NCBI RefSeq assembly: GCF_011386835.1
Contig: NC_088803.1
Span: 5,952,001 to 6,016,000 of the forward strand
Source: Chrysemys picta bellii
Taxonomy: Eukaryota
Direction: 5' to 3'
Length of the DNA stretch: 64,000 nucleotides
Part shown: positions 27,360-52,800 of the stretch, piece after piece
Numbering within the stretch: position 1 is the stretch's first letter
Layout of the letters: every line of letters begins with the position of its first letter
The notes under the pieces: generated by a model
The model's database searches: none
Told to the model about the DNA's origin: nothing
The model's input: the letters and a program-made list of their open reading frames with translations, nothing else
Program-made: the position numbers and the translations under genes

Positions 27360-27620
27360 GCCTAGCCTCGGCCCGGGCCGTTGGCGGCTCTTCCCGGCGC
27401 CCTCCGCCCGCCTTCGGGCCGGTCTCCCTACGTCACTTCCGGGCCTGGCTGCGCGAGACGGGGCCGCAGGCGGCCGAATCAACCTGGCTGCCGCCGCGGC
27501 GCCGAAGCCTTGCCCCGCCCCTCATGGGAGGCCCCGCCCCCTCTTAGCCCCGCCCCCTCCACCAGTGAAACCCCGCCCCCTCTGCCCTAGGAGACCCCGC
27601 CCCCGGCCGGTCCCCATCTC
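27340..27620 (-). promoter_or_regulatory. TINF2 CpG-island promoter
   Basis: Two ACGTCACTTCCGG ETS-CRE composites (27342-27355, 27430-27442) and several GC boxes. Confidence 0.7.
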
Positions 27621-28343
27621 GGCTCCACCCCGTTGTGCTGGCGAGACCCCGCCCCGCCCCCCGCTGGGGATCCCCCCTCCCCCCAGGGCCCCCTCGCACC
27701 CCCCCTTTGGGGTCCCTGCCCCCCACTGCTCTGAACCGCTTCTGAGCCCCTGCTGGATTCTGCCCAAAGGGGGGAATAAAAGAGTTGGAAGCAGGATTTG
27801 GGGGCAAACCCTTTATTGTAAATAACGATCAGAGCCCGACGCCCCCCCGGACTCCCCCCCTGCTCGGGAGCAGCCCAGGCCCAGCTCCCCAGCTGGGGAT
27901 CCCCCCATCCCCAAATCAACCCCTGGCCTGGATCCACCTCCGCCGTCGTGCCCGAGCCCCCAGGATGGGGGGCAGGGAGTAGAAGGGGGCCTGCTGGGGG
28001 GAAGCAGCTAAGGGGGAACCCCGGAGTCCCGGAAGAGCTGTTCCCTCCGTCTGAGGGTTGGGGGGTGGAAAGCAGGGGCGATAGGTCAGCAGCAAGGGGG
28101 ATGGCAGCTGGGGGGGCTTCAGAGAGGGGTTGGGGGGGTGGATGGATGGAGACAGAGATGGGGGCAGGTGTGGGGGGATGGAGGGGGAGAGGGATGAGTG
28201 GAGGGAGGGGGAGGGAGGGATGAAGGGGGAGTGTGGATGAATGGAGCTGCATTTCAACACTGCTGGAGGTGGTGGGAGGTGGACAGACACCCAGACCCCG
28301 CTCCTGCCCGCGGCACAGAGCACCCCTTTGCCTCCTGTGGGGC

Positions 28344-41593
<13,250 letters not shown>

Positions 41594-42345
41594 CCTGCCT
41601 GGGGTGAGAGAGAGACAAGCAGTGAACGCAGTTCCCCGGCACTGTTATATGCAGCTGTTCCCCAGCCGTGTCCCACCCCAGAGCCGGCTGCATTTCAGTA
41701 CGGGGCACATCACTTCCTGACATGTGTCAGGGGGAGCAGCAGGAACCAAGCGATGGGGAAATCGGCCTCGGGACTGTGAGGAACTAGGTCAGAGATGCTT
41801 CACCCTGGTTCTGCGTCAGATGCCCAGCCTGAGCCAGGAAGGGAACATGCATGGGGATGGACAGACAGCCGGGGAGGTGACGTTGGGGTTCAGGGGATGT
41901 GAGGAGAGCCCAGAGCCGGCCAGGCTGCAGTACCTGGGTCGGGCACTGGGGGGGAGGGCTGTGACACGGGGGAGTGGCTGGGGCCCAGGGAAGCCAATGG
42001 GAGCGCAGGGTGGGGTCGGGGCAGAGGGGTCAGAAGGGGTTACCCCACCGTGCCCAATGGGAGCAGGCCCCGGTGATGTTATGGCGGGTGGCGGGGCTCC
42101 AGCCCACCTGCTTACAGAGTGGAAATTTAACAGGGAATCGAGAAATTCGACGCCTCTGGAACCCAGGAGTCCTAACCCCCCCGCACCGTGCTCTAACCAC
42201 TAGACCCCCCCCCCCCAAGCTGGGGAGAGAATCCAGGAGTCCTGTCCCCCCATCCAGCCACTAGTCCCCCTCCCCTCCCAGAGCTGGAGACAGAACCCAG
42301 GAGTCCAGACACCCAGCCACCCCCCTGCTCGAATTCCCTCTAATG

Positions 42346-42759
42346 CAGGCGTTCTCAAACTGGGGGTTGGGACCCCTTGGGGGTCACGAGGTTATTACAT
42401 GGGGGGTCGCGAGCTGTCAGCCTCCACCCCAAACCCTGCTGTGCCTCCAGCATTTATAATGGTGTTAAATATACAACTCTACCCCGATATAACGCGACCC
42501 GATATAACACGAATTCGGATAGAACGCGGTAAAGCAGCGACCGGGGGGGGGGGGGAGGGGGGGGGGCAGGGTTGCACGCCCCGGTGGATCAAAGCGAGTT
42601 CGATATAAGGCGGTTTCACCTATAACTCGGTAAGATTTTTGGCTCCCGAGGACGGCGTTCTATCGGGGGAGAGGTGTATTAACAAGTGTTTTTCATTTAT
42701 AAGGCGGGGGGGTCGCACTCAGGGGCTTGGTCACCAGCACGAAAGTTTGAGAGCCCCTG
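42346..42759. mobile_element. hAT/Charlie-like non-autonomous element with nested Tigger-like MITE (42474-42676)
   Basis: CAGGCGTTCTCAAAC...GTTTGAGAGCCCCTG termini (no clear TSD); nested element has CAACTCTACCCCGATATAAC/TATCGGGGGAGAGGTG ends and TA TSD. Confidence 0.7.
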
Positions 42760-42789
42760 CACACCCCTCCCCTCCCTTCAGTGACTGAG

Positions 42790-43790
42790 GACCAGGGCTC
42801 TGGGGAGGGGACCCGGGGCAGTCTGCCAGGGCCCAACCCGCCCCCAGGCTAAGCACCCCACAACCCCATCACCACAAAGCGCCCAGCTCCCGCAGCCCCC
42901 AAGCATCCCAACTCCCAAACTCCACCCCAGTCCTTCCCCAGCCCCCCGAAATCCCCAGCACATCGTCCCCAGCCCCCAATATCCCAGCACCGCTTCCTCC
43001 AGCCCCCCAAACTTCCCAGCCCCCCAAATCTCCACCACTTCTTCCCCAGCCCCCCCAAATCCCCAGCCCCTCTTCCCTCTAAACTCCCAACACCTCTTCC
43101 CCAGCACCCCAAATTTCTCAGCCCCAAATCCTGAGCACCTCGTCCCCCAGCACCCCAAACTTCCCAGCAACTCTTCCCCCAGCCCCCCAAATCCCCAGCA
43201 ACTCTTCCCTCTGCCCCCTAAACTCTCAACACCTCTTCCCCAGCCCCCCGAACTTCTCAGCCCCCAAATCCTGAGCACCACGTCCCCCAGCCCCCCAAAC
43301 TTCCCAGCAACTCTTTCCCCAGCCCCTCTTCCCTCTGCCCTCTAAACTCCCAACACCTCTTCCCCAGCCCCCCGAACTTCTCAGCCCCCAAATCCCGAGC
43401 ACCTCGTCCCCCAGCACCCCAAATCCCCAGCACCCAAACTCCCAGCACCTCTTCCCCAGCGCCCCTAATCTCCACCACCTCTTCCCCAGACCCCCAAATC
43501 CCCAGCACCTCATCTCCCAGCCCCCCAAGCTTCCCAGCAACTCTTTCCCCAGCCCCCCAAATCCCCAGCCCCTCTTCCCTCTGCCCTCTAAACTCCCAAC
43601 ACCTCTTCCCCAGCCCCCCAAACTTCTCAGCCCCCAAATCCCGAACACCACGTCCCCCAGACCCCCAAACTTCCCAGCAACTCTTTCCCCAGCACCCCAA
43701 ACTTCCCAGCCCCCAAATCCCCAGCAACTCTTCCCTCTGCCCCCTAAACTCCCAGCACCTCTTCCCCAGCCCCCCGAACCTCTCAGCCCC
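42790..43790. repeat. C-rich minisatellite (cccagcacctcttccccagccccccgaacttc), TGM1 intron 1
   Basis: About 1 kb of degenerate units. Confidence 0.88.
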
Positions 43791-43805
43791 GGAGCCCGCA
43801 CTCAC

Positions 43806-43930
43806 TGGCCGGGCGCTCGCTCGCTCGCTGCGCTGCGCTCTGGGGCCAGGCGCTGCGCTCCGGAGCTGGGAGCGCAGGGGCGGGAGGAGGAGCCAGGGGG
43901 CGGGGCCTGCGGGGGCCGGGGGGTCAGGGA
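43806..43930 (-). promoter_or_regulatory. Probable TGM1 non-coding exon 1 and GC-rich promoter
   Basis: Donor CCA|GTGAGT at 43806/43805; CpG-rich; GC box at 43899-43907; TGM1 is known to have a non-coding first exon. Confidence 0.6.
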
Positions 43931-45713
43931 GGGTCCGCACCCAGCGACCCGCGAGTCACCCGTGAGGGGGGGGAGGAGCTGGGTGACCTCAGCGGCCCCC
44001 AGGCGCTTCCTCTAGCAGGGCCTGGCAACACCCCCCCCTCCCAGCTATCCATCCTCCCAGACACCCCTGTCCATCTCCCCACCCCACCCCCCCTTTCCAT
44101 CCTCAGACCCCTCCCCAGACATCCCATCCCCACCCTGCACCCCTCCCCAGAGACACCCCCACCTCCCCATCTATCACCTACCCCTCTGTCCCCCTCCACC
44201 CCATCTCTCTCCCCATGGACACCCCAGCTAATCTAATCCCATACGCCCCCCTCTCTCCATCCCCCCTCCCTCTCTGTCTCTCATCAGCTCCATCCCCTGC
44301 CCCCAGCCCTCTGCTCCGCAGGGGATGTGCTGTGGGGAGTCCCCCAGTCCCCTGCCGGCTGCGGGGACCCCGTCGGCTTCCCTGCTGTAACCACCTCCCT
44401 GAGGCAGCGTCTCCTGCTCCCGCAACCTGCCGAGCCACTGAACAGCCCCCAGCAACCATTCCCCATGTTGCCAGGACAGAGCTGGGAGAGAACCCAGGAG
44501 TCCGGGCTGCCAGGCTCCCTGCTCTAACCACTGGACCTCCCTCCCCTCCCAGAGCAGAGACAGAACCCAGGCAGCCGGGCCGTGCTAAGCCCAGGAGCTG
44601 ATGGAGCTGCATTGGGACAGGCCGTGGGAAGAGTGATGCTGGGGGGGGGGGGGGGGCTGTCCCAGCAGGGGGCAGATGGGCTTGGGGGGGGGGCACTGGG
44701 GCATCTCCTCCTCCCAGAACCCCCCAGCCTGCCTCTCCCCCCAAAGATGCTCATTAGGGCCCCCCCCCCCCCGTCCCTGGCACAGTCAGGCCAACGCTGG
44801 AACAGACAAAACCAGCCCAACCTGCCCCACGGAGCCCAGGGATTCTCCCCCTGCGGGGGGACTGGCTCAGAGCCAACCCGAGGGTGGGGTTTGGCTGGCT
44901 CAGGGGGGCAGAGAATGGGACACGGGGACTCCCCCGCCACCTCTGCCGGTGCCCCTTACTCCCCCCCCACAGCCCCCATTGCCCAGCCCTGCCGGTGCCC
45001 CCTCCGCAGCCCCCTGCCAGCCCAGCCTGGAGCTCCCAACCTGCCCTGCACAGTCAGGAATTTGGGAGGAGGCTGTGAAGTGTCTCCCACTTGAACCTGG
45101 CTCCCCGCCCGGGGTTCCTGGCACCGTGGGGTTGGGGAGCGGAGGGGGAGGAGCCCCGGGTGGGGCTGGCCGGGTGCTGCCCCATATCACTCAAGGCCTG
45201 ATGTGCCAAGAAACGCCCGAGATGTTGTAACCTCTGCGGTGGCTCCAGTTGCGTGTCGGGGTGTCACCGTTCCCACGAAGAGCGTGAAGCAACCGCGGGC
45301 GAGTGGCGGATGTCACGGCTTCCGCTGGGGTGCAGCAGCCCAACGGAGCAACGAGTGCGAGGAATTCGGTGTAACAGGCGGGGCCCTGCCCCAGAGAGGG
45401 GTGATGTCAGAGTAAATTCCTTCTGCCCAGGGAGCGGGCCGGCAGGCTGGGGGGCCCGCAGGTCGGGAGTGAGAGGCAGTGGCAGGGTGTGGGGGGAGCA
45501 GGGCTGGACTAGCAGGGGCTGTGGGTTGGGAGGGGCACCAGCAGGGGCTGTGGGTCGGGAGGGGCACCGGCAGAGCTGGAGGGGGGGTGGATGGGAGTGA
45601 GGGGCACCTAATGACTCAGTTCACACCAGGACATTTTTAACCTTTTATTTCCCGGGTCCAATAAATTATTGGCGGGCAGGGGAGAAGGGGCGGGGCCAGA
45701 CGCGCCCGGCCAA

Positions 45714-48700
45714 TCAGGCGAGGGCGATCTCCACGCGGGGCAGCAGCACGGCCAGCTCTGATTGGGCATCAGGGAGGTCACCCAGGGGGTTCCCCCGCAG
45801 GGCCAGGAGGCGGAGCTTGGGGAAGGAGGCCAAAGGTCGCAGGTCAGAAGGTCGCTGGATGCCTGGGGGTCGGGGAGGAGCAGCAGAGTCAAGGAGGGTG
45901 CAATGGCTAGAGGGGCCCCAACCCCCCAGAGCTCCCCCCATCCCAGCCCTCCTCCACCCCCTCCCCCACTGCCCTTCCCCCGCCGCCCGTGAGGGGCTCC
46001 CTGCCCCATGCGGGGGGCTGGAGGATACGGTTGCTGCAGGCTGAGAGCTCCTCCAGGCGGGGGAGGGGGGGCAGCCCCTCGAGGGTCTCGATCTGGTTCC
46101 CATCCAACTCCAGCACCTGGGGACACAGAGAATCAATGACACGCCCCCCCTCCCTCCCCCGGCCACCTGGGTGCCTCCACCTGCTCCCAGGCAGTGGGGG
46201 GGGGCCTAGCGGTGAGACCAGGGGGACGGGGGCTGGGGCCCTCCCCGCTCCAGGGGTGGGGCTAGTGGTTAGACCGGGGGGAGGAGTTGGGCGCCCGGAC
46301 GCCTGGGTCCCTCCCCTCTCTGGGGTCTCTCACCTCGAGGCAGCGCAGCATGGCCAGGGCGGGAGGGAGGCGGCGCAGCCGGTTCCCGGCCAGGTTCAGG
46401 TGGGTGACGAGCGGCAGCTGCTCCAGGTGGCAGAGGATGGTCAGGCCCTGGGGGGGCAGAGAGAGCTGGAGGGAGGGGGTCTCTGCTCCTCAGCCCCACC
46501 CACCTACTTGGCCCCAGCCTCTATCCCGCCACAGCTCTACCCCTGCTGTCCCCCCCTGCACATTCAGACTCCCGGCTCCGCCCCCTGCCTTTCTGGCCCC
46601 ACCCTGTTCTCTTAGCTCCACTCCTGTCCCCTGCTCCTACTCCTCCCTCCCCTCTTGTATTAGCCACGCCCTCTGCCCCCTCTAGTCCCGCCCACTTCCC
46701 ATTTGGCCTCACTCAATAGTGCTCACCCCTCCATCAATCCTCTAGCTCCACCCCCTGCCTCTCCCTGTTCTCAGCTCCGCCACTAGTCCCCTCTTGCCCC
46801 TGCGCTTTGTTCTCCCGGCCCCGCCCCCGGCCCGTACCCGGCAGGACAGGTCCACCACCCTGGCCTCGGCGTACTCCATCCGCAAGATGCTGTTCTCCAC
46901 GAGGAATCTGCTGCGCAGGTCGTCCAGATAGGCCGAGCGCATGGGGTCAGCGGCCTGGGGGGGCAGAGAGATGGGGGAGGTGGGGGGCTGGGAAGTGCAG
47001 CTCCGAGTCCCCCTCCCCCAAAGATCCCCTTTCCCCTCCCCCCGCCCCTCACCTTCAGGGTGTCAAAGTAGCTGAGGGTCTCGCGTTCGTACACCAGGGG
47101 GTCCAGGGCCCGCATGAGGAGGATGATGGTGAGGAGACACCCTGCGGAGACAGAGAGAACCAGGAGTCCTGGCACCCAGTCCCCCTGCTCTAACCACTAG
47201 ACCCTGCTCTCCTCCCAGAGCTGGGATAGAACCCAGGAGCCCTCGCGCCCAGCCCCCCCCAGCTCTAACCACTAGAACCCAGGCGTCCGGGAGGTACCTA
47301 CACTTGTTCTGCGGCTCCAGGGCCTGCAGCTCTTTACAGGACTCCAGTTCCGACTGCAGCACAGTCGACTTCTCCACGGAGAGCTCGCACCTGGGTGGGA
47401 GGGGGGAGGTTAGGGGGCCAGCCAGCACTTGAGATGGGTGGGGCTGGGGGGGGTGTTTTACTAAAGATACTCAAGGGATAGGGGCTAGTGTGAAACATGC
47501 ACTTAAAGGGGGTGTGGCAACCACCAGGGGGCGGAGCCTATCCACCTACACACAATCAGGAGGTGTGGTTTATCTGAGAGGCGGTGCTAGTCACGAATAG
47601 AAAGGGACAGAGCTGCTCTTTAGGGGCGGAGCCTGTCTGGAACACACTGAGGGCGGGGATACTTGGACAGACTGGAGGCGGGGCCATTCTGAGGGGGCGG
47701 GGCCTGTCTAGAACATGCACACTAGGAAAAGGGGCTACTCTGTGAGGGGTGGAGCTTCTGGGGGAGTAGGCAGGACTTCCCTCAGGGGGTGGGGCCTCTG
47801 AGGCAGATGACCCAGGGTGTGGGGCGGGGTCTCCTACCTGAACACCTGCTCCTCGGTGACGGAGTCCCGGCACCAGCCGTCTCTGCAGCCTGGGGGGCAG
47901 AGGCAGAGTGTCAGGGGTGTGGGGGGTGGATTTTCGGGGATGGGGGGGTGCCTGGTTACCTTTGAAGAGGACGCACTCCTTCTGGGACTCCCCGCCCACC
48001 CAGTGCACCCGGAAGGTGTGCTGGGGCCAGTGCTCGTTGAGGGCCGAGTCCGGCAGGTCACACAGCTGGGGTGGGGGTGGGTCAAGGAAAAAGGTTCTAG
48101 CCAGTAGACCTCACTCCCCTTCCAGAGAACCCAGGAGTCTGGGCTCCCAGCCCCCCCTGCTCTAACCCACTGGACCCCACTCCCGTTCCGGAGAACCCAG
48201 GAGTCATGGTTCCCAGCCCCCCGCCCCCAATTCTAACGCACTAGACTCCATTCCCCTCCCCGAGTGGGCGAGAACCCAGGCGTCTGGGAGGATACCCACA
48301 TGAGGCCGGGGCGGTTTTTCCCGTCGGGTGTGTGCCAATTCACCGCCAGAGGGGCCTCGTCTGCGAAGAGCAGCAGGTCGCAGGATCCTGGCGTCACCTG
48401 CCGGAGGAGACGCTTGTGAGCCCCGGGTTAGCACTGCCTCCCTCCACCCTGGCTCGCGGGTACTCACCACCACAGGCTGGGAGAAAGCCACCGCCAGCGA
48501 GGAGTCCTCTCGGCTTACGTAGACACACAGGATAGTCGGCTCCGGCTCGGCTGCGGGGAGAGAAGGGGGGTCAGTGTCATGGGACCAAGTCCTGGAGTAA
48601 CATTTCTCAGTGCCGTGCGGTACTCAGGTACCTTCAGGATATGCTTGGCGGGGGGAATCCCCATGCATCACGTGGTATCACTGGATCATGTCCTGGAGTA

Positions 48701-49828
48701 ACGTTACTGAGTGCTTGAGTACCAGCAGTACTCGGGTGCTGTCTGAGGGAGACAGCTCTATGCTTTGCATAGGACTCTAGTACCACTGGCCAATTCCCTG
48801 CAGTAATGTTACTGAGAACTTGAGTATCCTCCATGCTATACGGGAAGCGGGCACTGTTAGGGTATGCTCAGGGGAGATCTCAAAGACTTGTATAATACTC
48901 CAGTATCATTGCACAATGCCCTGGAGTAACTCAGTATTACAATGTCACCAGTGCTATAGGGTTACTTGGGTACCATCATGGTATACTTTGGGGGAGGAAT
49001 CTGCATGCATCACACAGCACTTGGGTCAAACAGACAACAGTGATGTTGCTCGCCAGTACTAAACAATACTTGGGTACCATCAGGAGACATTGCCATGGAT
49101 CAAGCGTATTTGAGTACCACTAGAGGAAACCCTGGAGCAATATTACTCGGCACTTGAGTAAAGCCAGTACCACACAGTACTCAGATAACATCAAGGGGCC
49201 GTTTTGAGGAAGCGGCCCAGCCGTACTAAGCAGTATTCAAATACATCGCAGCGAACACTCACCTATACTCTAGGGCAATACTACATAGTGCTCAGGTATC
49301 TCATTGAATTCTGGGAACATAGCAGATTTCATACAATACTTGTGTAATAGCTGCATTATCCCCCAGGCTGGTATTACTGTTCTGCACGAAGGACTGGGGT
49401 ATCAATGCAGTATACCAGCCCTGGACTATGTAGTAACACTCTACTATAGAAAAAGAACAGGAGTACTTGTGGCACCTTAGAGACTAAAAAATTTATTTGA
49501 GCATACGCTTTCGTGGGCTACAGCCCACTTCTTCGGATGCATCTGATGAAGTGGGCTGTAGCCCACGAAAGCTTATGCTCTAATAAATTTGTTAGTCTCT
49601 AAGGTGCCACAAGTACTCCTGTTCTTTTTGCGGATACAGACTGACACGGCTGCTACTCTGAAACTCTACTATATAGTAACTCCTCGCATAACGCTGTAGT
49701 TCTGTTCTTGAAAAATGTGATTTTAAGCAAAACGATGTTAAGCGAATCCAATTTCCCCATAAGAATGAATGTAAATTGGGGGGGTTAGGTTCCAGGGACA
49801 TTTTTTTTGCCAGACAAGACTATATTTT

Positions 49829-49873
<45 letters not shown>

Positions 49874-52800
49874 AAGTGTTAAACAAACAATTGAATACTG
49901 TACACAGCAGTGATGATTGTGAAGCTTGGTTGAGGTGCTGGAGTCAGAAGGTGGGATATTTCCCAGGGGATGCCTTGCTGCTAAATGATGAACTAGCACT
50001 TGGCTGAACCCGCAAGGGTTAACACGTTGTTGTTAATGTAGCCTCACACTCTACAGGGCAGCAGGGATGGAGGGAGGGGAGACAGCACGGCAGACAGAGA
50101 CACACACCCTGTGTGTGAGAGAGAGATACGTGCATTGCCCCTTTAAGTACGCTGACCCAGTGGTGAGCTGGAGCCGGTTCCCACTGGTTCGCAAGAACCA
50201 GTTGCTAAGTTTAGAAGCTGGTGTAGAACCGGTTCCTAAAGCGGCGGGTGGGTGGGTGGGCAAACTCCGGCCCGCGGGACCAGCCTGTCTGGCCCACCTG
50301 AGCTACCAGCTGGGGAGGCTGAGGCTCTCCCGCTTCCCACCCCCGTCACAGAGCTGCCGGAGCCCTGGGGAAGCGGCGGGGCTCCCGCGGCTATTTAGAG
50401 GCCGGGGCAGTAGAAGCAGGGGGAGCAACGAACTTTTTAAGCTCCCAGAGGCCCACTGCCGCTACCCCAGGGCTCCAGCAGTGGGGCTCTGGTGGCAATT
50501 TAAAGGGCCTGGGGCTCCAGCCCCTGCTGGGACCCCCAGGCCCTTTACATTGCCCCCTGGGGAAGCCAGGCCACCCCGGTACGGTGCACCGGCTCTTGTC
50601 GGTATGCCGTATGGTGGCGTACCAGCTTACTTTCACCTCTGGGTAAGGGGGTGGGGCTGCAAGCTCCAGCGGCTGCACGGCATCCTTACACAGCCGCATG
50701 GTAAGGGGGCTGGGAGGGGTTGGATAAGGGGTAGGGAGCGGTTCGAGGTTCTGGGGGGGCGGTCAGGGGACTGGGAACGAGCGGGGGTTGGGTAGGCGTG
50801 GGAGTTCCAGGGGTCTGTCGGGGTGGTGGTGGATGGGGTTGGGGCAGTCAGGGGACAGGGAGCGGGGCAAGTTGGGTAGGGGGTGGGGTCCTGGGGGCCA
50901 TTTAGGGTGGGGAGTCTTGGGAGGGGGTGGTCAGGGGACAAGGAGGGGGGGTTGATGGGTTGCGGATTATGAGGGGGGCAGTCGGGGGCAGGACGTGGGT
51001 TGGGGTCGGCTGGGTGGGTGGCAGTGGGGGGAGATAGGCACGTGGAACACACTGGGGGGACGGGGCTACTTGGACAGACTGGAGGCGGGGCCATTCTGAG
51101 GGGGCGGGGCCTGTCTAGAACATGCACACAAGGGAAAGGGGCTACTCTGCGAGGGGTGCAGAGTTCCCTAAGCACCGGTTCCCTAACGGGTCTTGGGCAG
51201 CACTTTGGTGGCGGGTCCTTCACTCGCTCCGGGTCAAGTACCTGCTGCCGAAAACCTGGAGCAAGTGAAGACACGCCCCCCCGCCGCCGAAGTGCCGCCG
51301 AGGCCCCGGTAGGGAACCGGTTCTTAGGATTTTGGGAGCTCATCACGGCACTGACCCCACTCGAAGCACACTGCCTTTTTAAGTAGATCAGCAAGTTGAG
51401 ACAGCAGCTGCTGCCAGCAAGCTCCCTCCGTCCTGAGCCCTGTCTTGTGGCCCCCCCCCCCCCGTCCCGTGGAGCTGGGTACAGGAGTGGGGGGCGGGGG
51501 GACACCCTGACATTGGCAACCCTCCCTGCCCCCGGCACAGCAAGCAGGAGGCTCCCGGGAGCAACTCCCAGGCAGAGGGCAGGAGCAGCACAGGGCAGTG
51601 GGGGAAGGGACAGCGATTGATAACCTGCTGGGGGGCTGCCGCACAGGGAACTTAGGGGAGCTGACGGGGGGGGGGCTGCCGGCCCACCCTGGTTCCAAGC
51701 CCCCACCAGCTCCAACGGCTGCTCTTCCTGCAAGCAGTGGACAAAGCAGGCGGCTGCCAAACCAGGTTAGAAGGGAGCATTGCACAACTTTAAACAAGCA
51801 CGTTCCCTAATTGATCAGCAACAGAACAACGAAATGACGTTAACCGGGACGACTTTGCGCGAGGTGTTACTGTACCTGGATCCCACTGGACTATACGCCA
51901 GGGAGGGGGTCTCCCAAGTACTCAGGTACCATGGGACAATTCTCCCTCATTAAGCAGTACTTGGGTATCAGCGGTCTACCCTTCACAAGGATATTTCCTT
52001 ACCTCAGACAATACCTGGCTATTAGCCGATTGTAACCCAGTATTACAAACTACTTGAGTACTGCTGTACTATACCCCCGGGTGGTATTACTCCAATACAC
52101 CCAGTACCTGGGTAACAATAGGAGATGTACACCCCAGCACAGTATACTCAGGTACCATCCTGGGTACAGCGGTGGGCAAACTACAGCCCGCAGGCTGGAT
52201 CCGGCCCCTTAGGGCTTTGGATCTGGCCTGCGGGATTGCCCCCCGTGGCGCCATGGGCCCAGCGCCGCTCTCAGAAGAGGCCGGCACACGTCCCTGCGGC
52301 CCTCAGGCGGCGGGAGTGGGGGGCGGGGGCAGCAGAGGGCTCCGTGCGTTGCCCTTGCCTCCAGGCACCGCCCCTCGCAACTCCCATTGGCCGGAAACGG
52401 GGAAATGCGGCTAATGGGAGCTTTGGATTCCTGGAGCGGTGCGGCACCGCTACCACCCCGGAGCTGCTTTAGGTAAGTGGCGCCGGGCTGGAGCCCGAAC
52501 CCCTCCTGCACCCCGGCCCCCAACTCCCTGCCCTAAGCCCCCTGCCTGCACTGTACACCCCTCCTGCACCCCCGCCCTGAGCCCCCTCGTACAGTCCGCA
52601 CCCCTCCTGCGCCCCAACCCCCTGCCCTGAGCCCCCTCGTACAGCCCGCACCCCTCCTGTGCCCCACCCACCTGCCCTGAGCCCCCTCGTACAGCCCGCA
52701 CCCCTCCTGTGCCCCACCCACCTGCCCTGAGCCCCCTCGTACAGCCCGCACCCCTCCTGCGCCCCACCCCCCTGCCCCGAGCCCCCTCGTACAGCCCGCA

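Noticed and set aside
42790-43790. G-quadruplex-forming tracts as a specific signal
   Set aside because: G-runs are ubiquitous across this window, so no single tract stands out without data.
50067-51760. 242-aa and 375-aa ORFs within nested DNA transposons as transposases
   Set aside because: No DDE, hAT dimerisation or HTH motifs; low-complexity translations of non-autonomous elements.
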